Assembly: GCF_001194135.2 (NCBI RefSeq) | Contig: NC_068994.1 | Location: 54,237,157 to 54,301,156 of the forward strand | From: Octopus bimaculoides | Lineage: Eukaryota | Reading direction: 5' to 3' | DNA: 64,000 bases | Program-made: the position numbers and the translations under genes | Part shown: positions 1 to 11,329 of the stretch, in pieces | How positions within the stretch are numbered: position 1 is the first letter of the stretch | How the letters are laid out: each line of letters opens with the position of its first letter | The notes under the pieces: model-generated | What the model was told of the DNA's origin: nothing | The model's database searches: none | Seen by the model: the letters and a program-made list of their open reading frames with translations, nothing else

Positions 1-196
1 GCGGGTGACACGTAAAAGCACCCACTACACTCTCTGAGTGGTTGGCGTTAGGAAGGGCATCCAGCTGTAGAAACTCTGCCAAATCAGACTGGAGCCTGGT
101 GTTGCCATCCGGTTTCACCAGTCCTCAGTCAAATCGTCCAACCCATGCTAGCATGGAAAGCGGACGTTAAACGATGATGATGATGATGATGATGAT
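1..196 (+). mobile_element. Family C: RTE-type LINE/SINE 3' end with (GAT)n tail
   Basis: Motif GGTTGGCGTTAGGAAGGGCATCCAGCTGTAGAA...CCCATGCTAGCATGGAAAGCGGACGTTAAA followed by (GAT)n; recurs about ten times in the window on both strands. RTE assignment is inference. Confidence 0.7.
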
Positions 197-200
197 ATAC

Positions 201-351
201 ACACAATGGGCTTCTTTCGGTTTCCATCTCAAGGTTTTGGTTGGCCCGAGGCTAGAGTAGAAGACATTTGCCCAAGATGCCATGCAGTAGGACTGAACCT
301 GGAACCATGTGATTAGAAAGCAAGCTTCTAACCCACAGCCACTCCTGTGCC
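201..351 (-). mobile_element. Family A tRNA-derived SINE (CORE-like), 5' part
   Basis: Reverse complement matches the recurring head GCAGGAGTGGCTGTGTGGTAAG...CCACATGGTTCCGGGTTCAGTCC and the CACCTTGGGCAAGTGTCTTCTACT core. Confidence 0.7.
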
Positions 352-355
352 TATC

Positions 356-620
356 TTCATCATCATCATCATCATCATCATCATTTATAGTCCATTTTCC
401 ATGCTGGCATGGGTTGGACGGTTTGACAGGAGCTGGCCAGCCAAAGAGATGCACTAGCTCCATGGCATGGTTTCTACAGCTGGATGCCCTTCCTAGCACC
501 AACTACTTTACAGAGTGTACTGGGTGCTTTTACGCAGCATCAGAATGGGTGCTTTTACGCAGCATCAGAATGGGTGCTTTTTTTATGTGGCACCAGCACC
601 CATGAGCCTGCAAGATTAGG
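356..620 (-). mobile_element. Family C RTE-type 3' end
   Basis: (CAT)n followed by CCATGCTGGCATGGGTTGGACGG...CTACAGCTGGATGCCCTTCCTA. Confidence 0.65.
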
Positions 621-1944
621 AATGCAGAACAGAAAAGGGATACAAGGGACATGCCTGTATGCAAGGACAACCACGATTTTTACTTAACTTGAAGTGTCTT
701 CTCAAGCACAGCAAGCTGCCAGGAATATTGGTCTTCCTGTTACCCCCTCTGTGAGGGCCAAGATCTGAAGATCCTTTCTCACCTGGTCATTATTTATAGG
801 TACAAATTACAAAACCTTTTCCTGTCTGGACATATCTCCATCTCTCTCTCTCTCTCTCTCTCTCGCTTTTAATACAACTCTTTCTATAGGTTCAAAATAA
901 AATTTAAGTCGGCCAATCTACTGTCTACATGAACAAATTTGCTGTTTACGCCAATTTCTTTGTAGTTTCATATTCTTTGAGAGAACATTTATTAAAAAAA
1001 ACAAACAAAACAAAAACAAACAATAAAGCAAATATAAATAATAAAACAAAATTATTTGTACTTCTAAATTTTTTTAATTTTGAATTATCTACATTTTTNN
1101 NNNNNNNNNNNNNNNNNNNNNNNNNNNNNNNNNNNNNNNNNNNNNNNNNNNNNNNNNNNNNNNNNNNNNNNNNNNNNNNNNNNNNNNNNNNNNNNNNNNN
1201 NNNNNNNNNNNNNNNNNNNNNNNNNNNNNNNNNNNNNNNNNNNNNNNNNNNNNNNNNNNNNNNNNNNNNNNNNNNNNNNNNNNNNNNNNNNNNNNNNNNN
1301 NNNNNNNNNNNNNNNNNNNNNNNNNNNNNNNNNNNNNNNNNNNNNNNNNNNNNNNNNNNNNNNNNNNNNNNNNNNNNNNNNNNNNNNNNNNNNNNNNNNN
1401 NNNNNNNNNNNNNNNNNNNNNNNNNNNNNNNNNNNNNNNNNNNNNNNNNNNNNNNNNNNNNNNNNNNNNNNNNNNNNNNNNNNNNNNNNNNNNNNNNNNN
1501 NNNNNNNNNNNNNNNNNNNNNNNNNNNNNNNNNNNNNNNNNNNNNNNNNNNNNNNNNNNNNNNNNNNNNNNNNNNNNNNNNNNNNNNNATATATATATAC
1601 TCACATATATACGTATATACACACATATATACGTGTGTATGGTTGTGAAATTAATCTGATGTTGTGTTTTGAAGTAGATCATCAATGCAGTCTTTAATGA
1701 ATGATTACAAGTTGATTTTGGAACGATACCTCAACTTTGATGGTATTTGAACTCTGAAGCGAGACATAACCAACTAAATATTGTAACGGGCAAAAGCATA
1801 CATCCATGGCTAAGAAGTTCACTTTGCAACTATGTGGCTACAAGTTTGACAACACTTCCTGGTACCTTGGGCAAGTATTTTCTCTCACAACTTCTGGGGT
1901 TGATGTGTAACTTATGTGTAGAATTTGCTTGATAGAATGTATGA

Positions 1945-2248
1945 GGTAGCCCAGTTGTGGCTGTATGGTAAGAAGCTTGCTTCCCAACCACATGGCCAAG
2001 AAAGAAAGATCACGCTTGTCCCTTTCTTGTATCACCTATTTGTGTCTGTGTTCATCTCCCCACCAAGGCTTGACAACCGATGCTGGTGTGTTTATGTCCC
2101 TGTAACTTAATGGTTCAACAAAATTGACTGATAAAATAAGTACTAGGCTTACAAAGAATATGTTCTGGGGTCGATTTGTTCGACTACTGGCGGTGCTCCA
2201 GCATGGCTGCAGTCAAATGACTGAAACAAATAAAGGAGTAAAAGAGTA
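1945..2248 (+). mobile_element. Family A SINE (head plus tail, internally deleted)
   Basis: GTGGCTGTATGGTAAGAAGCTTGCTTCCCAACCACATGG head; GACAACCGATGCTGGTGTGTTTA...GGCGGTGCTCCAGCATGGCTGCAGTCAAATGACTGAAACA tail. Confidence 0.65.
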
Positions 2249-2483
2249 AGTATTTGGCACAGCATGTGGACAATTCTGCCAACTCATTACCATAAAAGAT
2301 TTAGAATGTTTTGCCAGATATTAACCCATTTGTGCCCAATTTTTTAAATTTAATTTATTACCAAAAATCTTTTTATATACAACTATATCGGGTACTAAAT
2401 CATCATCATCACCATTTAACATCCGCTTTCCATGCTGGCATATATATAAAAAGACATTTTATTACAATATTTGAAAGACACTT

Positions 2484-2701
2484 TAAGGCGGTGAGCTGGC
2501 AGAAGTGTTAGCACACAGGTCAAAATACTAAGCAGTATTTCGTCTGTCTTTATGTTCTGAGTTCAAATTCCACTGAGGTCAACATTGCCTTTCATCCTTT
2601 CAGGGTCAATAAATTAGGTACCAGTTGCATACTGGGGTCAATCTAATTGACTGGTCCCCTCCCCAAAAATTTCAGGCCTTGTGCCTAGAGTAGAAAAGAA
2701 T
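2484..2701 (+). mobile_element. Family B tRNA-derived SINE (Nin/Deu-like central domain)
   Basis: AAGGCGGTGAGCTGGCAGAA head, B-box GAGTTCAAATTCC, GCCTTTCATCCTTTCAGGGTCAATAAATTAGGTACCAG core, tail CCTTGTGCCTAGAGTAGAAAAGAAT; more than 15 copies in the window. Confidence 0.75.
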
Positions 2702-2859
2702 ATTTGATTGACCCACATGTCAATCAAATCTCACTGCTGTGATATATAGAACTTCAGCATCTTTTCAGGCTTATTAAAAGGCGGTGAAATGGCAGAAACA
2801 TTAGCACGCCGGGCGAAATGCTTAGTAGTATTTCGTCTGCCATTACGCTCTGTTTTGTT

Positions 2860-3021
2860 TGTTGTTACCACAACGTTTCGGCTGATACACCCTCCAGCCT
2901 TCATCAGGTGTCTTGGGGAAATTTCGAACTTGGGCTCTCATTCCTAAGGTATTTTTCGATGTTATTATTATTATTATTATTCAGGTCACTGCTTGGAATT
3001 GAACTCAGAATCTTGGGGTTA
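2860..3021 (-). mobile_element. tRNA-headed SINE-like element with Penelope-type hammerhead tail, left (inverted) copy
   Basis: Reverse strand reads CCCCAAGATTCTGAGTTCAATTCCAAGCAGTGACCTG(AAT)n...AATACCTTAGGAATGAGA...CCCCAAGACACCTGATGAAGGCTGGAGGGTGTATCAGCCGAAACGTTGTG. Confidence 0.7.
2867..2912 (-). ncRNA. Minimal type I hammerhead ribozyme
   Basis: GACAC-CUGAUGA-A-GGCUG(GAGGGUGUAU)CAGCC-GAA-ACGU-U-GUG: intact core, 5-bp stem II, palindromic ACGU stem III, GUU cleavage triplet, CAC/GUG stem I. Confidence 0.7.
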
Positions 3022-3259
3022 AGAGCGCAGGCTTCTAACCCCAAGATTCCAAGTTCAATTCCTGAATAATCATAATGACATTGAAAAATACCTTAGGAAT
3101 GAGAACCCAGATTCAAAATTTCCCCAAGACACCTGATGAAGGCTGGAGGGTATATCAGCTGAAACGTGTTAATAAAAATCAAGATGAGGACAAATATCCG
3201 TCAAATGTAAATAATGTACATAATGTAATGTACATAATTCCTCATCTCTTAAATATAGA
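3019..3259 (+). mobile_element. Same tRNA-headed SINE-like element, right copy
   Basis: TTAAGAGCGCAGGCTTCTAACCCCAAGATTCCAAGTTCAATTCC (tRNA-like, B-box), then the same body as the left copy and an AT-rich tail. Confidence 0.7.
3128..3170 (+). ncRNA. Degenerate copy of the minimal hammerhead
   Basis: GACAC-CUGAUGA-A-GGCUG(GAGGGUAUAU)CAGCU-GAA-ACGU-GUU; a small deletion removes the H17 cleavage base. Confidence 0.5.
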
Positions 3260-3859
3260 ACAGTATATCGTGTTATGTAGGATTGTGTTATACAGCGGGT
3301 ACTTGGTGTACAAAAGCACACACAGAGATCGTTGGATAATGTAGTTGTTGATATGTTATAATTAAAACACACAGGAAAAAAGGAGAAATTGATGAAACAG
3401 AGAGCAGGGTTGTTCGAAGGGTGAACACCTTTGAATGTAAGTCTGACAGAGTAAACAAGGCCTAAACAATAACAACGACAGCCCACAAGGACAACAAGAA
3501 CGATGACGGAAGGGACAAACCAACGACGACAGCAACAACAACAACAACAGCAAACATCTTCAACCAAGAAAGAATCCAGACGGGGTTGAAAGGTGATGGG
3601 GGTTGCGGTGGGAGGGGGGTCCTCGTTTTTTATTTGTTTATCTATTTTGCTCTCTTGAAAGTCACACTGTCATTTACCTAAACTTACTAAACCTCCCCCC
3701 ACACACACACGCACACCAACAACAGCAACAACAACAACAACAGCAACAGTAACAAGGATGGCTTTTTTTCTTAGTGTTCAAAAATTACCTCCTCCACCTT
3801 GTCTCTACCATGAGGAGGAGGAGGAGAAAGAGAGAAGAACAGGAGGAGCAGAACTAGTA

Positions 3860-3947
3860 GCGGTGGTGGTGGTGGTGATGGTAGTGGTAGTAGTAGTAGT
3901 AATAGTAGTAGTAGTAGTAGTAGTAATGGTGGTGGTAGTAGTTGTAA

Positions 3948-3979
<32 letters not shown>

Positions 3980-4003
3980 ATGGTGGTGGTGGTGGTGGTG
4001 GTG

Positions 4004-4035
<32 letters not shown>

Positions 4036-4110
4036 TGTAATGGTGGTAGTAGTAATAGTAGTAGTAGTAATAGTAGTAGTAGTAGTGGTGGTGGTGGTGG
4101 TGGTGGTATT
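3860..4110. repeat. Compound (GGT)n/(GTA)n trinucleotide array
   Basis: Directly visible; source of the poly-V and poly-P/L artefact ORFs. Confidence 0.95.
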
Positions 4111-4779
4111 CTCTTCTTATCTTGAGTAAGTAGTTTGTCCTTTATAAAAAAAACCACAGACAATAACATCAAGTGTCCCACATGGCTGTCAGCATTCGGA
4201 ATATAAAACATATTTAAATGCTGAATTACTTAATAAAATATTCTGTATATTTGGCTAGCTGGCCTCTTCCACCACCACCACCACTATTACCACTGGTGCC
4301 ACCACCCCAACTACCACCACCACCACCACCACGACCATAATCCCCCATCATCACCACACCCACCACCAGAATAACCAATACCATCACCACCATCAACCAC
4401 ACCCACCACCAACACCAACACTGCCACCACCATAACCGCTACCATCATCATCATCATCACCACCGCCACCATCAGTGCCACCACCACCACCACCATGAGA
4501 CAATGACTAATTTCTATTGTCTGGTAAGAAATCTCAACTTGACATTTGAAAATATTTTTGAGATCTACTTCATGTCCTCCTCCTCTTCCTTCTCCTCATC
4601 CACATCATCATCATCATCATCACCATCATCATTACCCTAATCATCATCATCACCAACATGCCAACGTCACTAATTCTCTACCCATCGTTATCGTTATCTC
4701 TGCTATCAGTCATTGCCTTATGTTGATGCTGCTTAGTCCGAGGCCAGCCTGATCATGCAGACCTGTGATCAGAGACAGT

Positions 4780-5170
4780 CCTACCATGACCTTCAAGATG
4801 ATGGCAATGAAGAAGATAATTGAAAGTGACACAGAGAGCCTCTATATAGTCTTTTGCTATGCTAGAAATAGCAACTAAATATTTCCATCAAGTCACATTC
4901 CACCCTCTCTAAGACTGAAGGTCACATTGTATAATGTAATCCTAGATACATGATGAAAAAGGAGATGAGACGATCAGGATGATGATAATGATGATGGTGA
5001 CTGAAGGAACCTCCTCATAGTCTCTTGCTTTGCTAGAGATAGTAGCTAAATATCCCATCAAGTTGTAGTCTACCCTCTTTCAAAATGAAGGTCACATTGG
5101 ATAATGTAGTCCTAGGTGTACAAAAGAAAATGAGACGAGATGGTCATAGATGCAATGCCTTTCAACCTAG
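4780..5170 (+). repeat. Unclassified old dispersed repeat, two tandem ~180-bp units
   Basis: Units share TGCTAGA(A/G)ATAG(C/T)A(A/G)CTAAATAT...GAAGGTCACATTG(T/G)ATAATGTA(A/G)TCCTAG; related pieces at about 22500-22870, 23620-23740, 42240-42300, 44780-44950 and 61220-61400. Confidence 0.6.
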
Positions 5171-5324
5171 ACCTGAAAATATGAATAACAACAATAACAA
5201 GAAGAACATTGGGGTGACGAAGGACAAAGTTGAACCCAACAAATTCTCAACAGAGAATCTAAAAGCCATGGTGAGAAACCCCCTTTGCCCTCAGGCAAAA
5301 TATCAACCAGGGTCAAAATGACAA

Positions 5325-5578
5325 AACATCCGGTGGCACATAAAAGCACCCATTACACTCTCAGAGTGGTTGGCATTAGGAAGGGCATCCAGCTGTAGAA
5401 AAACCATGCCAAATCAGACTGGAGCCTAGCGCAGCCTTCCAGCATGCCAGCCCTGTCAAAGCGTCCAGCCCTGTCAAAGCGTCCAGCCCTGTCAAAGTGT
5501 CCAGCCCTGTCAAAGCGTCCAGCCCTGTCAAAGCGTCCAGCCCATGCCAGCATGGACAACAGACATTAAATGATGATC
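5325..5578 (+). mobile_element. Family C RTE-type 3' end with internal 18-bp tandem expansion
   Basis: GGTTGGCATTAGGAAGGGCATCCAGCTGTAGAA...CCCATGCCAGCATGG...GATGAT. Confidence 0.7.
5447..5543. repeat. 18-bp minisatellite CCAGCCCTGTCAAAGCGT x5
   Basis: Five adjacent units, one with a C>T change, with no spacers. Confidence 0.95.
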
Positions 5579-5954
5579 ATAGGCGGTGCTCCAGCATGGC
5601 CACAGTCAAATATGAAGAGTGCTGTAAAGCGTGTCCAAACAAGTCAAATGCTTACACAGAGCAGGTTTTACAGCCACATTATCCAAACCGACCAGGTGAA
5701 ACCGGGCTTAGCTGCTAGTATATATATATACATATATATATATATAAATTCAATGTTAGGATAAAATATTTTATAAGAATTCATCAAGTAGCCAGCGTGA
5801 AAAAAACCTCATAAGGGAAAAATTATTCATTCCCCAAAATATATTTATTTATATAAGGGCATTACTATACATTAATGCCTCACGCTTAGAAGGACTCTAA
5901 GGTCAAAACTACCACACATACACATGCATACATACATTCAAACATACATACATA

Positions 5955-6785
5955 CAGGAATTGGACAAAATAATAGAAACACCATTTTAACTAATTTATT
6001 CTATTGACAATGTGACAAATTCAAACTTGTTCTTGTCTGTAGATATGTGGTCATATGCATAGTATGCCTTGTACTTTATGATAAAGTCCTCTGTTTTTTT
6101 GTTTTCTTTTTGTGGGGTGGAGAGTGAGTGATATCTATATTCAAATAAGTTAAAATGCGTGACCTATCTGGTTTTGAAAGAGGTCAATTGACTGGAGTGC
6201 AGAGAGCTTGAGTTTCGGTCACTAAAACACCCGAATTGTTTAATGTTTCAAAAAGTACAGTCTGTAAAATTGTGTTGGTATTCCGAAACCAAAGTAAAAC
6301 ATGCTCTGGCAGTCATAATTCTGGATGGAAGACAAAATTCACAGAAAGGAACCACAAAATAGTGAAATGCTATGTTTCCAAAATCATCAAACTGACAGCA
6401 AAAGGGGGCAGCACCAATTTGCCAATCCTGTTTCAACCAAAACCATCCTCACAAAGCTGGATATCATGAGAGGGCTGCAATTGCTAATCCTCTCCTGTCC
6501 CCCATCAATTTTGGTAAGCATGAAAAAATGATGTCTAGACTATCAGAAGAGGTCCATGGTTCAACGAAACAATGCCATCTTCTCTGATGAATCATCATTC
6601 AACCTGTTTTCTCTACTTCGGGTAAGTTTATGTCTGGAGATGTCTCAAATAAACCATCAACTTTGACTGCTTGGTGGCCCCTATTATGAAGCATGGAGGT
6701 GAATCTGTGATAATTTGGGCAGCAGAATTTTCTTGGCCCTTTAGTTGTTCTACATAACAGAGTTAACGGCCAGTTCTGGACCCAG
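5955..6785 (+). mobile_element. Degraded Tc1-family transposon (left TIR and partial transposase)
   Basis: TA-CAGGAATTGGACAAAATAATAGAAACACC end; ATG at 6155 reads MRDLSGFERGQ; later FNVSKSTVCKIV (HTH-like), IFSDESSFNLF (first catalytic D), and frameshifted MKHGGESVIIWAA. Confidence 0.85.
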
Positions 6786-6857
6786 CACTCTACCATGCCC
6801 AGGCCATCAACTGCTCTACAGGTCTCCAATCCTTTTTATACAGACTTATCTCACTTA

Positions 6858-6859
<2 letters not shown>

Positions 6860-6950
<91 letters not shown>

Positions 6951-6990
6951 TCTCTGTCTCTGTCTTTCTCTCTCTCTGTCTCTCTCTCAC
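6860..6990. repeat. (CT)n microsatellite
   Basis: Directly visible. Confidence 0.95.
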
Positions 6991-7629
6991 CATCCACCAA
7001 TTGAAAGATAAACTCATCTGCAACTTTTGAATTCTACTCTCTGACCCCACAGCCATTCTAATCTGAGCCTGCAAAAAGTGATGGGTTGAGCCTCTCCTTT
7101 CTACCTTGACTGTTCTTGTCTTTCCACTCTTGGTTAATATAGAAAGAAAACAAACACATGCATGACTCCATGCTTTTCTGAAACAATAAATCTTTCCTCA
7201 AAATTAATGAGAAAAGCTGAAAACGTTTAGGAAAGAAAAAAAGTTGGTCTCTGAAGACATTTTGTAATATTTTGGCTGTTTACATAAATACCAACCAAGA
7301 CATTTTAGATTTATTCTGTCTGTTTATTTGAGCAAATGAAAAGAATTGCAATAAAATTGTATCCCCACATCATTCTGTGGTTATTGCTTAACTCCATGTC
7401 AGAATTTTCCAACAGACCGTTCCAGCATTCTTTGTCATCAGAGCTGTATGTGTTTTACTTGCTTCAGTCACAGGACTACAGTCATCCTGGGGCACTGTCC
7501 TTGAAGTGTTTTGCCAAACAAACCTCAATATTTTTCCTTTTTTTATTTTCCAATCAATGGAAGAGCCTTCTCATAAAATTAACATGCAAGTGGCTGAGTA
7601 CTCCACAGACACACATATCCTTAACGTAG

Positions 7630-7836
7630 TTCTCAATGAGATTAGCCATGATATGCAATGTGACAAGGCTGGCCCTTTGAATTACAGGCACCACACATTT
7701 TTGCCAGCTGAGGGGGTCTGAAGGAACATGAAATAAAGTGTCTTGCTCAAGGACACAACACACCACCAGGAACTGAACTCACAACCTTACGATCGTGAGC
7801 CAAACACTTTAACCGCTATAAGCCACATGCCTTCAC
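7630..7836 (-). mobile_element. Family D tRNA-derived SINE
   Basis: Reverse strand GGCATGTGGCTTATAGCGGTTAAAGTG...GTGAGTTCAGTTCC...TGTGTCCTTGAGCAAGACACTTTATTTCATG; a second partial copy lies at about 54990-55098. Confidence 0.6.
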
Positions 7837-8154
7837 AGAGACGGATATTTATAAAACAAGAAGTTTGACTAAATCAACATTACTACATCACAGCTACATC
7901 ACTTGACCTTGTTTGTTGAAACAAATCAATACGTTTCTCAAACTAAACACAAAAACAGACGGCTGAAGTCGAGATGATCCATGAGAGTTAATTAACTTAC
8001 TCATATATTTAGTATTTATTTGACTGAGGCAAACAACAAACTATTTTGCACATGCAAAACATGAGACCTGGATTTCAGTCAGTCTCTCTTGCTACTATCA
8101 TTATTATTATTACTAGTTCCCCTGATCCTTCCCCCTTGTGGCAAATAGATGAAA

Positions 8155-8203
<49 letters not shown>

Positions 8204-9350
8204 TATTATTATTGTTATCCTGTAGTCTTATTTTTATCACAGGTTTTCCCTACACTACCAAGCACAGCTCTGTCTGCTTTGGGTATGTGTTGTGGTTTGT
8301 TGTGGTGCCCCTATGCGTGTGCTTGTGTTTATATATGTATGAACCTTTGTTCGTATAACCTATGTACCTATCTGTCTGTATGTTGATCTGTTTATTTTCA
8401 TACCCATATGCTTGCATACATGTGCATATACACATACATACGTACCCCCGCCCCTCACACACAAGAAGACAGAGGTGCATACATATATAAACACACGCAC
8501 ACACACACATACATAAAAAACACACTAACATGGACACGCAAGCACATGAATATGCAGAATACATACATATAGATGCACATACATACATATATACACACAC
8601 ATATACATACACGCACATACATACATACATACATACATACATAGACATGCATACATTCCGCCAAGGTCAACTTAGCCTTTCATCCTTTTGGGGTCAATAA
8701 ATTAAGTACCAGCTGTGTACTGGAGTCGATCTAATCGACTGGCCCCCTTCCCCAAAATTTCAGGCCTTGTGCCTATAATAGAAAGAAAGGATTCACTCAA
8801 CCCAGAGCTACAGAAGTAGACACGTACCCAAAGGGGTGCACTGTGGAACTGAAGCCAAAACCATGTGCTTCAGAAGCAGGCTTCTCAACCACACATCCAT
8901 AATTTACTTGTGCTTATATGTATGTGCGTATGTATGTGATTATGTGTGTGCGTATGTATGTGATTATGTGTGTGTTTGTGCATCCTTGTGTTTGTGCCTG
9001 TATCTCCACACCCATTGCTTGCCAACCAGTGTTGGTTCATTTACATCCCCGTGACCTATCAGTTCTGCAGAGGAGACAGATGTAAATGAGTACCAGATTA
9101 AAAGTATAAGGACTGAGGGATGGGTGATTCGTTTGACTAGCCCTACAAAACTGTGCTCTAGCATGGCCACAGTCAAATGACTGAAACAAGCAGAAGAGTG
9201 AACGAGTATGTGATAAGCTGCTGCTCCAAAAATTCCCTCCGAATTCTAAACAACACAATGACTTTGCTAAAACGATATACAATAACACCATATATAGTTA
9301 AGATCGTCTTGAAACAAAAACACACACAGACACATTAAGTATATGTGTGT

Positions 9351-9396
<46 letters not shown>

Positions 9397-9425
9397 TTGT
9401 GTGTGTGTGTGTATGTACATGTATG

Positions 9426-9461
<36 letters not shown>

Positions 9462-9600
9462 NNNNNNNNNNNNNNNNNNNNNNNNNNNNNNNNNNNNNNN
9501 NNNNNNNNNNNNNNNNNNNNNNNNNNNNNNNNNNNNNNNNNNNNNNNNNNNNNNNNNNNNNNNNNNNNNNNNNNNNNNNNNNNNNNNNNNNNNNNNNNNN

Positions 9601-9635
<35 letters not shown>

Positions 9636-10094
9636 CACACACACACACACAAAGGAAATACCACACCAGATATTGAATACATTGAGTGCATCTCATATAT
9701 ACAGACTATTGGAGCTTTTCTCTGAAACCTACACTAAATCTAAACAATATGCCTCTTACTGTTGTCTGGAACATTTACAGAAGACTACTTCAAAACGTAA
9801 TAGTTTACCTACTCAAGATCATATGTTTAAAATTCTATCTATACCTAGGAGTACATTTGGTGATGTTACGAAATATTTGAGTAATATTCTAGGAAAGTTA
9901 GGTGGTTTTATGCTAAAAACAAATGAATCATCACCTAACACACATTCTGCAAATTTAATCATTATAAAGGATGACAGCTACTACAATATTTTTCTTTAAT
10001 TTAGTACATAACTCCTTATATACAGGAAGAAAATTTGCTTAGTGGGGTGCAAACCCAGGTCCCACATTTTTTACAAACCCTCCTCCTCCTCCTC

Positions 10095-10360
10095 CTCATC
10101 ATCATCGTTTAACGTTTGATTTCTATGCTGGCATGGGTTGGATGGTTTGACTGAGGACTGGCAAGCCAGGAGGCTGCACCAGGCTTCAATCTATTCTGGC
10201 AAGGTTTCTACAGTTGGATGCCCTTCCTAACACCAACCACTCCGAGAGTGTAATGGGTGCTTTTTGCATGCCACCAGCATGGGATCCAGTCAGGCGGCAC
10301 TGGCATCGACCACACTCAAATGGTGCTTTTCATGTGCCACCGGCATTGACCACACTTGAA
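10095..10360 (-). mobile_element. Family C RTE-type 3' end
   Basis: CATCATCGTTTAACG...CATGGGTTGGATGG...GGATGCCCTTCCTAACACCAACCACTCCGAGAGTGT. Confidence 0.7.
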
Positions 10361-11329
10361 TGGTGCTTTTTAAAGTTTACAACATATCTCCATATCTTTC
10401 AAATCTTACACTTTTGAAAGTCATACAAATGTGAAACCGGTTAAGTGTGTTAATATTAATATAAACAAATCTTCTTATACACTCTCAGTGCATTTTCAAC
10501 TTCTTTTATTTCCTTTGAACTACTACCGGTATAGATTAGTGACTATATTTCATATATATATGATCAAACAGAATCCAAAGAAGCTGGGATGGGGGTGGGG
10601 GTGGGGGATCTCTACATCAGCAAGACTTATATATGTAGTAAAATCAATGAAAAGAAATCAGTGAACTTGCCGCGAGGAGTGGAACAACCAGCACCAGAGA
10701 CAGAGTTTGTCTTCAGGGAAAAGTTGAAAGGAAAGAAATTAATGAAACACAGCAGAGTTTTGCACTGCACTTTTTACCAATTTACCTGTATGTATATGTG
10801 TGTGTGCATACATACATACATCCATAAATACATACATGCATGCATATATCCATCCAGACAGATAGATAGAAAGAAAGATACATACATACATACATGCATA
10901 CATACATACATACATACACTCGTGCATATAGACATGCACATACATATATATATACACATACAGAAAACAACAGGTCTGATAAGAGCTTCCAGGATCAAAG
11001 CCTACAATCTTAAATGGTTGAAGATATCAGCCACACTATTGTGAAATATGAATCTTTTCTCCAAATTTCTGAGAGCAATTACCACAGTTAGAAAACAAAA
11101 GCTCTAGAATCCACTATGGAATTTCAACAGATTTTGTATCCTGGCCAGAAATTCTCATAATCTAACGAAGAATTTTCAAAGATTATTATTACTTAAATAC
11201 TTCGTTTTCCTATCTGATTTGCAAGATTCTTCATGTGAATTCTTGTATTGAAGAAAAAATATGTAAATAATTAACAAGTGGAAATTGAACCGGTGAGTGT
11301 GTTAGGTGATAAAGCATTAAGACAGTTAT

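Noticed and set aside
929-1697. ORFs spanning runs of X (also at 27.6-28.4, 37.1-37.7, 41.0-41.7, 42.2-43.4, 45.2-46.4 and 50.3-50.8 kb)
   Set aside because: Their length comes from N gaps.
3758-4496. Long poly-Val/Pro/Leu/His/Asp ORFs here and at 12897-13137, 18314-18937, 28707-29720, 47025-47305, 57996-59005 and 59921-61173
   Set aside because: They are translations of di- and trinucleotide arrays that lack stop codons; no coding signal.
5447-5543. Regular short repeats as a possible CRISPR array
   Set aside because: No unique spacers, eukaryotic context and no cas genes.
9690-9999. About 100 open codons in unique AT-rich DNA (RLLELFSETYTK...YYNIFL)
   Set aside because: No recognisable motif and no convincing splice sites or start; compatible with chance.
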